The notes under the pieces were generated by a model. That model saw nothing but the letters and a program-made list of their open reading frames with translations, made no database searches and was not told where the DNA came from. A DNA stretch of 39,043 nt, taken from the NCBI RefSeq assembly GCF_001194135.2, contig NC_068987.1, positions 33,202,288-33,241,330 of the forward strand, in the 5' to 3' direction. This document shows positions 1 through 10,544 of this stretch, in pieces. This DNA comes from Octopus bimaculoides (Eukaryota). The translations under genes and the position numbers were made by a program. Every line of letters starts with the position of its first letter. The stretch's first letter is position 1.

Positions 1-1460
1 TTCCGCCTGTAACTGCACAACGGAACTGATCTCGGAATACCTCTACCGTGTCCTTGCCCCTCCCCAGTAGCTTCCTTCCCCTCCCACATCCACCACACTA
101 GCCATGCTCTCCGTCTTTTCAACTCTCTCTCCTTCCCTCCTGGCCCCCTCTAAACTTCTCTTCACTCTTGATATCAAGAGTATTTATACGGTGATCCCAT
201 ACAGCGAATGACTTCTTGCTCTAAACACTTCCTTGACCTTCAACCCAACACCCAACCTGACACGTCAACACTTCTTCATCTGGCCGAATTTGTTCCCTCT
301 CTCAATTGTTTCTCGTTCGAGGGAGAGTTTTACCAACAGTTCTTGTCAGTGGCCATGGACACGAGAATGGGCCCAACTATGCGAAACTTTTCGTTTGCTA
401 CGTTGAAGCCCAAATATTTTCTAGATTCACTTCATCGGTGCGACCTAGCTCTCCCGCGAACAACTAGACTCTTTCCTCTCTTTTGTGCAGTCCTTCCATC
501 CTGTCCTCGAATTCTCCTGTACCATTTCGAACACTTACGTCGCGTTTCTGGATATGTCAGTTAACATACACACTCTGGTCTCACTACCTCCATCCACTAC
601 AAACACACCGACTCACAATCATGCCTTACATTCTCCTCCTGCACTCAACCCATACCAAGCTCTCCATCCCCTACTCCCAATTCAACCGTGTGTACAGGCT
701 CTACAGTGACAACCATAAATTTTGAGACTCAGTCTCAACTCATGGTTCGTCATTTCACACTTCGTGGATAACCTCTCACCACTATGCACACCGCCCTTGC
801 CAGAGCACTTCTGTGGACCGTGCCTCTGCTCTCTCTCCTCGCACCCACCCCACCGTTGCACTCTCCTGTTTCTCTTCACCTACCACCCTTCAATGCACCG
901 TCTCCGAGCCTTCTGGCGACTGCAGTCCGACCCCTCCACTTCACACATCTTTCCCAACCTACTCCTTCCTCCTTCAAATGTGCCCATAACCTATGCAACC
1001 TCCCAGTTTAGAGTTTCTTCCCTAACCCCACCTACCATCGTAGATCATTCCCCTGCTCCCGACCATGCTGCTGCGCTTATCCCTACCTCCCCAAGAACAC
1101 TACCCTAACAACACCCATCATCGTCCCTATCACATCACTGAATCTTCAACTTGCACTTCTAGAAATGTCACTTATTGCATCTCCTGCTCTTTCTGCTCTT
1201 CTCTGTACATCGGTCAAATGAGATGCCGCTTGGCTGAAAGGTTCGCAGAGTAACATCAATATATTAGACTCGGCAACGACACTCCGGTTTCGCGCCATTT
1301 CCACTTTACCGGTCATTCATTACAACACCTGTCTGCGTTCGGATTGTCTTTGCAGAAAGGCCATCCAGTCTCCAGCTTTCGCCGTCAACAGAAATTAATC
1401 ATCTCTCTTAGTTCCTTTGCATCACATGTGCTCAACTCACCTCCTCATCTGACTCCCTTC
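1..1460 (+). mobile_element. Penelope-like retroelement (RT + GIY-YIG endonuclease), degenerate, 5' end outside window
   Basis: Frameshifted translation gives SACNCTTELISEYL, LFTLDIKSIYTVIP, LNCFSFEGEFYQQ..VAMDTRMGP, FLDMSV and FTLRG (PLE-type RT). It then gives NVTYCISCSFCSSLYIGQMRCRLAERFAE (GIY-YIG, about 1164-1250). Several stops and frameshifts. Confidence 0.92.
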
Positions 1461-1519
1461 CCCTTCTCTCTTCATCTGACACCTACTTTCTCTCTTCACT
1501 CCTGCCCACCTTCTTTCTT

Positions 1520-2130
1520 NNNNNNNNNNNNNNNNNNNNNNNNNNNNNNNNNNNNNNNNNNNNNNNNNNNNNNNNNNNNNNNNNNNNNNNNNNNNNNNNN
1601 NNNNNNNNNNNNNNNNNNNNNNNNNNNNNNNNNNNNNNNNNNNNNNNNNNNNNNNNNNNNNNNNNNNNNNNNNNNNNNNNNNNNNNNNNNNNNNNNNNNN
1701 NNNNNNNNNNNNNNNNNNNNNNNNNNNNNNNNNNNNNNNNNNNNNNNNNNNNNNNNNNNNNNNNNNNNNNNNNNNNNNNNNNNNNNNNNNNNNNNNNNNN
1801 NNNNNNNNNNNNNNNNNNNNNNNNNNNNNNNNNNNNNNNNNNNNNNNNNNNNNNNNNNNNNNNNNNNNNNNNNNNNNNNNNNNNNNNNNNNNNNNNNNNN
1901 NNNNNNNNNNNNNNNNNNNNNNNNNNNNNNNNNNNNNNNNNNNNNNNNNNNNNNNNNNNNNNNNNNNNNNNNNNNNNNNNNNNNNNNNNNNNNNNNNNNN
2001 NNNNNNNNNNNNNNNNNNNNNNNNNNNNNNNNNNNNNNNNNNNNNNNNNNNNNNNNNNNNNNNNNNNNNNNNNNNNNNNNNNNNNNNNNNNNNNNNNNNN
2101 NNNNNNNNNNNNNNNNNNNNNNNNNNNNNN
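1520..2130. other. assembly gap
   Basis: Run of N. Confidence 1.
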
Positions 2131-2292
2131 CTTATGGTTTCTTAATCATTCACAAGAACAAAACTGTACAAATCCAAATATATGGTACCCTAGGCATAAC
2201 ACCTACATGAACTTCTAACTTGTTGTCTCTTGAGGTCTCTGGGTGAGAATTGGATCCAACTTGTACTAATGCAAAACAAAAATCAAACATAA

Positions 2293-2363
<71 letters not shown>

Positions 2364-2372
2364 TAATAATAA
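2131..2372 (+). mobile_element. probable 3' end of an R4/Dong-like non-LTR retrotransposon with (TAA)n tail
   Basis: About 160 bp of unique sequence (..GAGGTCTCTGGGTGAGA..) runs directly into a long (TAA)n at 2291-2372. Dong-type R4 elements are known to end in or target TAA repeats. No ORF is visible, so the assignment is inference. Confidence 0.35.
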
Positions 2373-2624
2373 CATATACACACATACATCCATACACATA
2401 CATACAAACACGCACATACACGTACACATATACCAGTGTGTGCTAAAATGTTTCTGGCTTCAAGGGCATCGCCAAAGGCATGGTTAAGCCTTAACATTCA
2501 GAGGCCTTTTACAGAGCTTAGAACAAATCTAGGATCGCTGCATTTAGCGTATGAATCTGAGAAGAGAATGTGCTGAATAAAATAAAAATTAACTGATTTT
2601 CCTGCATTTTGTTTTACTTTTCAG

Positions 2625-2633
2625 CAACCCCTC
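2625..2633 (+). CDS. candidate 9-nt microexon CAACCCCTC
   Basis: aactgattttcctgcattttgttttacttttcag|CAACCCCTC|gtatgt: branch-like CTGAT, long pyrimidine tract, CAG acceptor, strong donor, length divisible by 3. Confidence 0.3.
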
Positions 2634-3038
2634 GTATGTCTGTATATGCATCCAAACACACATCTAACGAATCCCCCACCACTGCTCATATTTAAAATCT
2701 AGTTCGCATTACAACGGTCCCTTTTGCGAAACCTCTAGGGTAAGATTCCGTAAACCCTCTCAAATCAATTGTCAAGCGCTGATGGGGACAAGCATAGACA
2801 CAAAGACGCACAAAGACACGAGCACACACGCACACGCACGCACACACACGCGCGCGCGCATTTAGTACGGAGCAAATAATTCACGAGAAGAAATAATTCA
2901 CGAAAAAATTAACTTTGCGAAGATACTATTGACTCTGCAATTATCTAATGTAACAATTTAAATAGGATAATAACAGAAACAATAGTATAGGTGATTGCGG
3001 GCCCTCCTAAATAAAGCATTAAATAGATGAAGAATTAA

Positions 3039-3552
3039 AATTAACCAAAGGACATACTCAGTGTGTCTACCTGTTAGAAATAACAGTCGAAACTTATTTA
3101 AATCACCGAAATACACTGATAATAACTTCAGAAATCAACCAACCGAAATCAAAAGGGACTAAGACAATCTCCCAGCATACATTCAAGTATTTAGACTTAC
3201 GTGGACCGGTTTCTGCACTGGCATTTATAGCCTCAGTTACCTCAGCACGCGTTACCATGATAGAGAACCCCAAACCGTCGTGTTGATATCTGCGCTGCAA
3301 CGGATTCGTTTTCCGGGGTTTGGGTTCTCTATCATGGTAACGCGTGCTGAGGTAGCTGAGGCTATTAAGCCAGTGCAGAAACCGGTCGACGTAAGTCTAA
3401 ATACTTGAATGTATGTTGGGTGATTGTCTTTGCCCCTTTTGACTTCGGACGGTTGATTTCTGAAGTTATTATCAGTGTATTTTGGCGAATTAAATAAGAG
3501 TTTTGACTGTTATTTCCAGCAGGTAGAAATATTGGTATGTCGTTTGGTTAAT
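3039..3552. repeat. long inverted repeat / foldback element (arms 3039-3276 and 3317-3552, 40-nt spacer)
   Basis: The right arm is the reverse complement of the left along its whole length with scattered mismatches, e.g. CTCAGCACGCGTTACCATGATAGAGAACC vs GGTTCTCTATCATGGTAACGCGTGCTGAG. Confidence 0.92.
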
Positions 3553-3596
3553 TATATATATATATGTGTGTGTGTATGCGCGCGCGCGAGTGTGTG

Positions 3597-3741
3597 TATA
3601 GACGTCACTAAATTGACCAAGAGTACTAGTTAGCTAGTTAGCAGCCTTGCTAGAAAAGAGTCAAAACAACTCATTACTAGTGTCTATTTCTAGCAATATT
3701 GGTGCTGCCTAATACCCTTAGTCACTCTAGTGACGTCTATA
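3597..3741. mobile_element. MITE-like 145-bp element with terminal inverted repeats
   Basis: Perfect 14-bp IR TATAGACGTCACTA (3597-3610) / TAGTGACGTCTATA (3728-3741), plus an internal IR TTGCTAGAAA / TTTCTAGCAA. The outer TA could be a TSD. Confidence 0.7.
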
Positions 3742-3884
3742 TTTCTGACATTCGGTTGTAAATTTGAGAATACATACACGCACACAGACACAGACACACA
3801 CAAACGCACACACACACACAAACACACACACACATATATATAGATATATAGATAGACAGACAGATAGATAGATAGATAGATAGC

Positions 3885-3926
<42 letters not shown>

Positions 3927-3927
<1 letters not shown>

Positions 3928-4040
3928 GTCTACCAAAGCCACCCACAAGACTTTATTCGTGTCAAGGTTATTGCAGATAACACTTAAACAAGGTGCCACG
4001 AGGTTGGACTCTAGCCAGAACTTCTTACCACACAGCTATG
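3927..4040 (-). mobile_element. degenerate tRNA-derived SINE, 5' part
   Basis: Minus strand reads GCTGTGTGGTAAGAAG..GTGGCACCTTG..AAGTG..TTTGGTAGAC, matching the head/CORE-like part of an octopus SINE family as I recall it. Confidence 0.55.
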
Positions 4041-4789
4041 CCAGCTTCATATGCATCGTTCTCTCTCTCCCTTTCTCTCTCTCCCTTTCTCTCTCTCTCT
4101 CTCTCTCTCTCTTACTCTCTCTCTCTCTTTCTCGCTCTCTCTCTTTCTCTCTCTCTCACACAGACATACACACACACACGCTCTTTCTCATTCTCTTTCC
4201 TTCTCGTGCATGTTTATTAGCATGTGTGTCTGAGTATATTCTGCATGCAATACATTCACACATAAACAACGAAACACATTTTATGTAGAAATAAGATTTT
4301 CAATGCGGATGCGAATGTGTATATGATGTCTATCAGTTGGTCATTTTGCCTGCCTATTTCTTCTTCTGTCTTTCTCTACCAATTACTGTACAATTATTCC
4401 ATACATTTTCTCGCTATCACATCTCCTCGTCTCGCTCCAACCTATCCTCTGTCCATATCCCCTCCTCTCTTTCTCTCTCCCTATAATTCTCTACTTAATC
4501 ACTGATCCATAAATTGTTCTCTATCTTTCTTAACTACAGATTATAGTATTTGACATGGTCTGCTTGCATCAGCTTGTATTAGGATAATTAACTGACTCTC
4601 TTTTACACGTCATTGATATTGGTATTGCTTATATTGTTGTATACGACCCCAATGAAACTTGCCGAAAGTCGAGGCAGCATCATAGTAGTAGAGGAAATAG
4701 ATTGACAGGACTTTACATAATTAATCAGCTTAGAGGTACTGAGATATAATTATTGGCAAGATGTATCTATCCGTCAATCAATCAATTGA

Positions 4790-4940
4790 TCCATTCTCGC
4801 ACACTTGTATAGGTATGCTCAAACAAAAATACCCTTTTGTTGATGTTGAAATTCCAATGAAGGGGCCTTGGATCTAGGTTAGAAACCGACTCTTTCTCTA
4901 TTGGCAAGAAATATTGAAATAAAACTGAAAAATGACATAC
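4790..4940 (+). mobile_element. probable Penelope-like terminal repeat fragment with a degenerate hammerhead-like motif
   Basis: CCAATGAAG-GGGCC..GGTTA-GAAACCG has the layout of a PLE minimal hammerhead but a broken CUGANGA core. It ends in an (ATAC) tail. Confidence 0.3.
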
Positions 4941-5332
4941 ATACATGTGTTCGAGTATTGCCATCACCTGATTGTAAGTCCAACATATGCGAAAGCTACG
5001 ACCAGCCATTTTTGTGATAGGTCTTCATTTTGTTTTTTTTTTCACGCGATGTGTATGCATGGTGGTTTTTTATAGTAGAGAAAGGATTTGCACAAATCCA
5101 ATCCCACTCTCTGAACATTGACAACATAAACTCGAAAAGAGTAACTAGTCTACATTGTAGAATGTTGCCAGTCTCGCAGGTTTTCTCTTTGAGTTTCCCT
5201 CTCCTAGACAGATGTTGTGACAACAACAGAAGGGCCTCCCACTCTCAGTAGGCTAACCGCGCACCTGGACACTAACCCAGGTGTTTCCACGTCTTCGTGC
5301 ATACATTCATACATACATATACATGTACGCAT

Positions 5333-5529
5333 ATTGTTGGATTTCCGTTGACTACTCATGAGCTCTTCTGCCCTTTGACATGTCTTATTTTTTTTGTCCT
5401 GCAGGGTGTCCAACGATCAACCTCCTCACCAAGCAAGCTGGATGGGATTGTCAGTTCAGTCACCAACAACCCGACCATAGAGCATGTACTGGATTACATG
5501 TTATCAAGAGAGACCAAAAGCGACCTGAC
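5333..5529 (-). repeat. ~195-bp dispersed repeat, copy 1
   Basis: Aligns end to end with 7969-8164 (shared CCCTTTGACA.GTCTTATTTTT, ACCAAGCAA, ACCCGACCAT, TGTACTGGATTACATGTTA, ACCTGACATA). Confidence 0.8.
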
Positions 5530-5615
5530 ATACATACATGCATGCATACATACATACAAACAAACACACATACATACATACATGCATGCATACATACATA
5601 CATACATACATACAT

Positions 5616-7149
5616 AGTGGTTGTCTACTCATTATACAGAGTTTGACCACCTCCTGTACCTACAGCTTAGCACCATCATGGCGTCTGATGTGGATTTTTA
5701 AACCATGTAATGTTCTGAAAAGACACCCACGTAGATTGCACCTCTGAATTGGACTACCAATAACTGCAGATAAGTTCTGTCTTTGTGGATCTTAACATGT
5801 CTTTTGAGGCCTCCGTTGGATTTGAAAACTTTCTGGCATACACTGCAGACATATAGTCAAGATAATTGGTGGAGGTTCAATTTTCTTGCGTTCCAGATGA
5901 TATTTGAGACCAGCCAAAGACAGGCATGGTCTGTCACACATTTTGCACAGAAAAAGGTCATTGTCATTCACCTTCTCGATTGTTACATTCTTCCTTAGAT
6001 CACTTTCGAGTCTTACTTGCGATATCCTGGCATCTTCAAATGCTTTTACTCCACTCCACACCTTTGTTCGCCATCCAACTCGATCCCAAGCAAGGATTTC
6101 TATATCTTCTGGAACGATTCCAGCTGACTTCATAGTAGTCTTTATGCCGTCTTTAAACCTTTTTTTAGGTTTACGCCGATAGCGTTTCCCTCTGTAAGCT
6201 CACCATAAAACAGCTGCTTTGGCATACGTTCATCTGCCATTCGAACAATATGGCCACACCGTCTCAGTTGGTTCCTCAAAATCATAACTTTAATTGAGGT
6301 GATGCCTGCAGATTCAAGGCTATCTGTGTTTGGAGTAAAATAACTACATTTAATTTTTTAAATGCGACGAAGGCGTTTTTGGTGGAATAATTGTCCTAAC
6401 AATTTAAAATCCCTTTCATAACAGGTCCATGTTTCACAGGAATACAACAGGGATCGTGAGACAAATGATTTGTAAAGAGCCAGCTGTGTATTCTTATTTA
6501 TATGTTGCTGTCACCAAACGCGTGACTTCAAGCCACCAAATGCTTTTCCTGCCCTTTGAATTCGCAGTTGTATTTCTGTATCAAGATTTTCATCGTTTTG
6601 AACAGAGCTGCCAAGGTAGACGAACGAATCGACAACCTCAAGTAACTTTACCTAAACAGAACATTTAGAGGGGTAGTTACAAACAGCACCACGCGCAGGT
6701 TGATGCATTACAAGTTTTTTTTCAAGCCAAAATCATCACAAGCTGAGTCATATGCAGATACAAGAGATTGCAGACCTGTTTCAGAATGACTGACAACATC
6801 GCAATCGTCAGCATAAAAAGTTCCCTAATGAGTGAAGTAAAAATCTTCGTTTTGAATTTCAGTCTGGTCAGATTAAAAACATTCCCTGTTATTCAATATT
6901 TTATGTAAATACCCTCCTCAGAGTTTTGAGACGCATGTGACAACACAACAGCAAAGTATATTGTAAAGAACGTGGGTGAATCAAGCTCTCCTTGCTTTAC
7001 TCCTTCCTGGCCTCTTGTTGAAATCATCAAGAAGTGTGCGGTCATTCCAACAACCAAAATTCAAAGGATGTTTATTTTCACTTTGTGTTGAAACTTTTTT
7101 CACCACAGTGGGAGAATGACGACCGAGTCCAGCATGTGATACACTGGGA
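5616..7149 (-). mobile_element. RTE-clade LINE, internally deleted and frameshifted, with (TGTA)n tail at 5530-5615
   Basis: Minus-strand translation: LNFGCWNDRTLLD (APE start), GVKQG..SPTFF, YADD (6804-6815), EVVDSFVYLGS, LLYSCETWT, CGHIVRMADERMPKQLFYGEL, KKRFKDGIK..DRVGWR, then three C2H2 fingers. The 5' end falls in the gap. Confidence 0.93.
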
Positions 7150-7586
7150 NNNNNNNNNNNNNNNNNNNNNNNNNNNNNNNNNNNNNNNNNNNNNNNNNNN
7201 NNNNNNNNNNNNNNNNNNNNNNNNNNNNNNNNNNNNNNNNNNNNNNNNNNNNNNNNNNNNNNNNNNNNNNNNNNNNNNNNNNNNNNNNNNNNNNNNNNNN
7301 NNNNNNNNNNNNNNNNNNNNNNNNNNNNNNNNNNNNNNNNNNNNNNNNNNNNNNNNNNNNNNNNNNNNNNNNNNNNNNNNNNNNNNNNNNNNNNNNNNNN
7401 NNNNNNNNNNNNNNNNNNNNNNNNNNNNNNNNNNNNNNNNNNNNNNNNNNNNNNNNNNNNNNNNNNNNNNNNNNNNNNNNNNNNNNNNNNNNNNNNNNNN
7501 NNNNNNNNNNNNNNNNNNNNNNNNNNNNNNNNNNNNNNNNNNNNNNNNNNNNNNNNNNNNNNNNNNNNNNNNNNNNNNNNNNNNNN
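7150..7586. other. assembly gap
   Basis: Run of N. Confidence 1.
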
Positions 7587-7740
7587 ATCAAATTTCATTC
7601 CGGTGTCCGACGCGCAGTAGCTCATTCACAACAGAAAACAAAAGGTACGATTGTGATTTGCAAATGTAAATAAGAATTATATATAAATATAAAAAAGTGA
7701 AAGATTTACAATAAATATAAATATTTATATAAAAGTAAAA

Positions 7741-7793
<53 letters not shown>

Positions 7794-7968
7794 CATATAA
7801 AAAAAGGTACAATGTGTGAATAAGAATTACATGTGAATAATATTGTATAAAGAAAAGTAAAAGATATACAATTAAAATATATAGAATAATATATATATAG
7901 ATATATAAAGTAAAATTATACATATATACACATACAAAAAAAAAAGATATATACATATTTACAGACAT

Positions 7969-8164
7969 TTTGTTCGATGGCCGCTGATTGTTCAGAAGTT
8001 CATCCGCCCTTTGACAGGTCTTATTTTTCATCCCGCAGAGTGTCAAACAACACCTTCCTGACCAAGCAACCTTGTGGGGTTGCCAGTTTAGTCGCCGACG
8101 ACCCGACCATGTGACAGGCTGTACTGGATTACATGTTAGCAGTAGCACTCAAAAACAACCTGAC
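7969..8164 (-). repeat. ~195-bp dispersed repeat, copy 2
   Basis: Homologous to 5333-5529 with the same boundaries, flanked by AT/AC microsatellites. Confidence 0.8.
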
Positions 8165-9201
8165 ATATATACATAAGTAAGATCTTTTCCTTTTAATCAG
8201 CAGGTTGAAATTACCAAAATACTTAAGACGAAATAACATCGTAAATAGAAACTTTTCTCAATAACGTTAAGAGTAAAAGATGTTCTACATGACACATTCT
8301 ACCGGTATCCGAAGTTTGAAAGTGTGTAGTTAAAAAAATAAATTTATCGATCTGCCGATCAAAAGGAAATGATCCCATATATACATACACATGCATTCTA
8401 AATTCTCTATCCATATTTTCACTAGATATAGCTGGTATCGGTTTTGGTCTCATTCGCGGCATCCCGTTTATTTATTTTCTACGTGATTGATTATAAAAAC
8501 GTTCTATCTTCTTACTGAAAGAGGTTTCAGTGAATTATTTTGACAGAATGCTCACCATTTCTGCCTATTTTTGATTAGGTTATTCAGATATTGAGTTTTA
8601 TCTCTCACAATATTTTAAAGAGTATTGTAGAAATTGTTATATACCGTAAATAATGTTCATGTTTTACCTCGGAACACAGAATAAAGCGGAGGACCAGAAA
8701 ACACAGCTTTAATAAATTGATAAAAAAAAGGCATCAATTTCCCTTGTATCTTTATGTTGACATTATCCGATGAGTTTATATTTTTTTAGCTAATCTCTAA
8801 AGTGAACATTTATAAGTGGCTGTCGAAAAAGCGTTACAAAATTGTTAATTTATATATCTGAGTGTGAGAGAACGTCGGATTAGGGGGGAGGTATGCCAAT
8901 GCGTGTATGTGAGACCATACCCACCGCATGTGTAATGGAAAAAATGAGGAAAACAGACATAAAATTTTAAGATAAACAAGAAGTAAATGACGAAGACGAA
9001 ATTAAAACGAGATAAGTATTTTGATTAAAGATTACACAGAGACGGAGAAAGCAATAATTTAGTCGATACAAAAAACTAGGGTTATATAGTGTACAGGAAT
9101 ATGATATAAATGAAATGTTGATCTTTTATTTGGTGTGAAGTAAATGTAAAAAGCTACTGAGTGAACGCAGAACATTTTCGGGTGTTCGCTAGTTAAATAT
9201 T

Positions 9202-9400
9202 CTTTTCTACTCTAGGAACAAGGCCGGAAATTCGGGGTGGGGGGAGCAGTCGATTAGATCGACCCAGCATACAACTGGTACTTAATTTATCGACCCCCAA
9301 AATGACGAAATCAATGGCGACATCGGCGGAATTTGAATTCAGAACGTAAAAGCAGACGAAATACCGCTAGACATTTCGCCCGGCGTGCTAACGTTTCTGC
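9202..9400 (-). mobile_element. tRNA-derived SINE copy 1 (extreme 5' end missing)
   Basis: Minus strand: GAAACGTTAGCACGCCGGGCGAAATG, B-box-like GAATTCAAATTCC, central GGGGTCGATAAATTAAGTACCAGT. Confidence 0.85.
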
Positions 9401-9418
9401 ATTTAAATATTAAATATT

Positions 9419-9632
9419 CTTGTCTACTCTAGACAAAAGGCCAGACATTTTTGGGAAAGGGGCCTGTCGATTAGATCGACTACAGTACGCAACTGGTACT
9501 TAATTTATCGACCTGGAAAGAATGAAAGGCAAAGTCGACCTCGGCAGAATTTAAACTCAGAACGATAAGACAGACAAAATGCCGATAAGCATTTCGCCCG
9601 GCGTGCTAACGTTTCTATCAGTTCGCCGCCTT
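9419..9632 (-). mobile_element. tRNA-derived SINE copy 2
   Basis: GGCGGCGAACTGATAGAAACGTTAGCACGCCGGGCGAAATGC..GAGTTTAAATTCTGCCGAGGTCGACTTTGCCTTTCATTC..GTCGATAAATTAAGTACCAGT; same 3' tail type as copy 1. Confidence 0.88.
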
Positions 9633-9640
9633 CAAATATT

Positions 9641-9862
9641 TATTTCCTTATTACCCACAGAGAGCTAAACACGGAGGGGATAAACAAAAGGATTAAGTCG
9701 ATTACATCGACCCAGTACATAACTGGTACTTATTTAATCGACCCCGAAAGGATGAAAGGTAAAGTCGACCTCGGCAGAATTTGAACTCACAACGTAAAGG
9801 CAGACGAAACACCGCGAAGTATTTCGCCCGGCGTGCTAACGTTTCTGTCAGTTCGCCGCCTT
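9641..9862 (-). mobile_element. tRNA-derived SINE copy 3 (different 3' tail)
   Basis: Same head and central domain (GAGTTCAAATTC, CCTTTCATCCTTTCGGGGTCG) but an unrelated 3' region (TGGGTAATAAGGAAAT). Confidence 0.88.
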
Positions 9863-10544
9863 CAAATATTAAATATTAAGAAGATGAAGGTTGACGCTGC
9901 TGTTGCTGCAGTCACTGTTTCTGCTGCTACTGATGCGGATGAGGATTATGAGGAGGATAATTATGAAGATGATGATGGACTCCTCTGCCGAGAATGGTGT
10001 TGACTATCAACTCAGTAATCGCAATATATACTCATTGAATTGACGTACAAATGTCTATCAATTAATAAAGAAACGGTCAAGCACAATCAGTGTGAGACAA
10101 CATCTCGAGTTTCCACGCAAGTCACTCGGCAAAGAAGCTATGTAGAAGAATCATAGTCCAGAATCCAGGATTAATAAGTGAACTTCATAACCACCTCACC
10201 TTGTACGGTTCTGTACAATCCTTACATGTGTGAGGACTTGTTTGTATGTGTATGCGCGTGTGTGTGTGTGTGTGTGTGTGTTTGTGCAGATGTGGGTGCA
10301 GGTGTGAGTGTGTACAGGTCTCTGTGTGTGCAGGTGCGCGCGCGTGTATTTTTATTTAATCGGCACTAGTTCCGTATTGATAAGAGTGCCGAGATATTTG
10401 AGCACTGATTTCCTGTTTGTATTAATAAACCCATGTTTTGTCACTGTTGAAAAAATAAGAAAGAATAAAAAACCATCGTCTTTTTAAATCTTTTAAATGA
10501 CCGTTTTTATCCTTTACTTGTTTCATATCTGTGTGTGCCATTGT

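Noticed and set aside
1344-2210. ORFs spanning N runs (also 6981-7669, 24104-24523, 33562-34338, 34880-35248)
   Set aside because: They are open only because N codons are not stops.
8060-8145. Possible HDV-like ribozyme in the 195-bp repeat (CCAGT/ACTGG pairing, TCG-TCGG-CGA hairpin, CTAA)
   Set aside because: P1 lacks the required pairing and the P3/L3 segment is too short for the HDV fold; copy 1 does not keep the pairings.
9202-9862. tRNA genes
   Set aside because: The A/B-box-like heads continue into SINE bodies and do not form complete cloverleafs.
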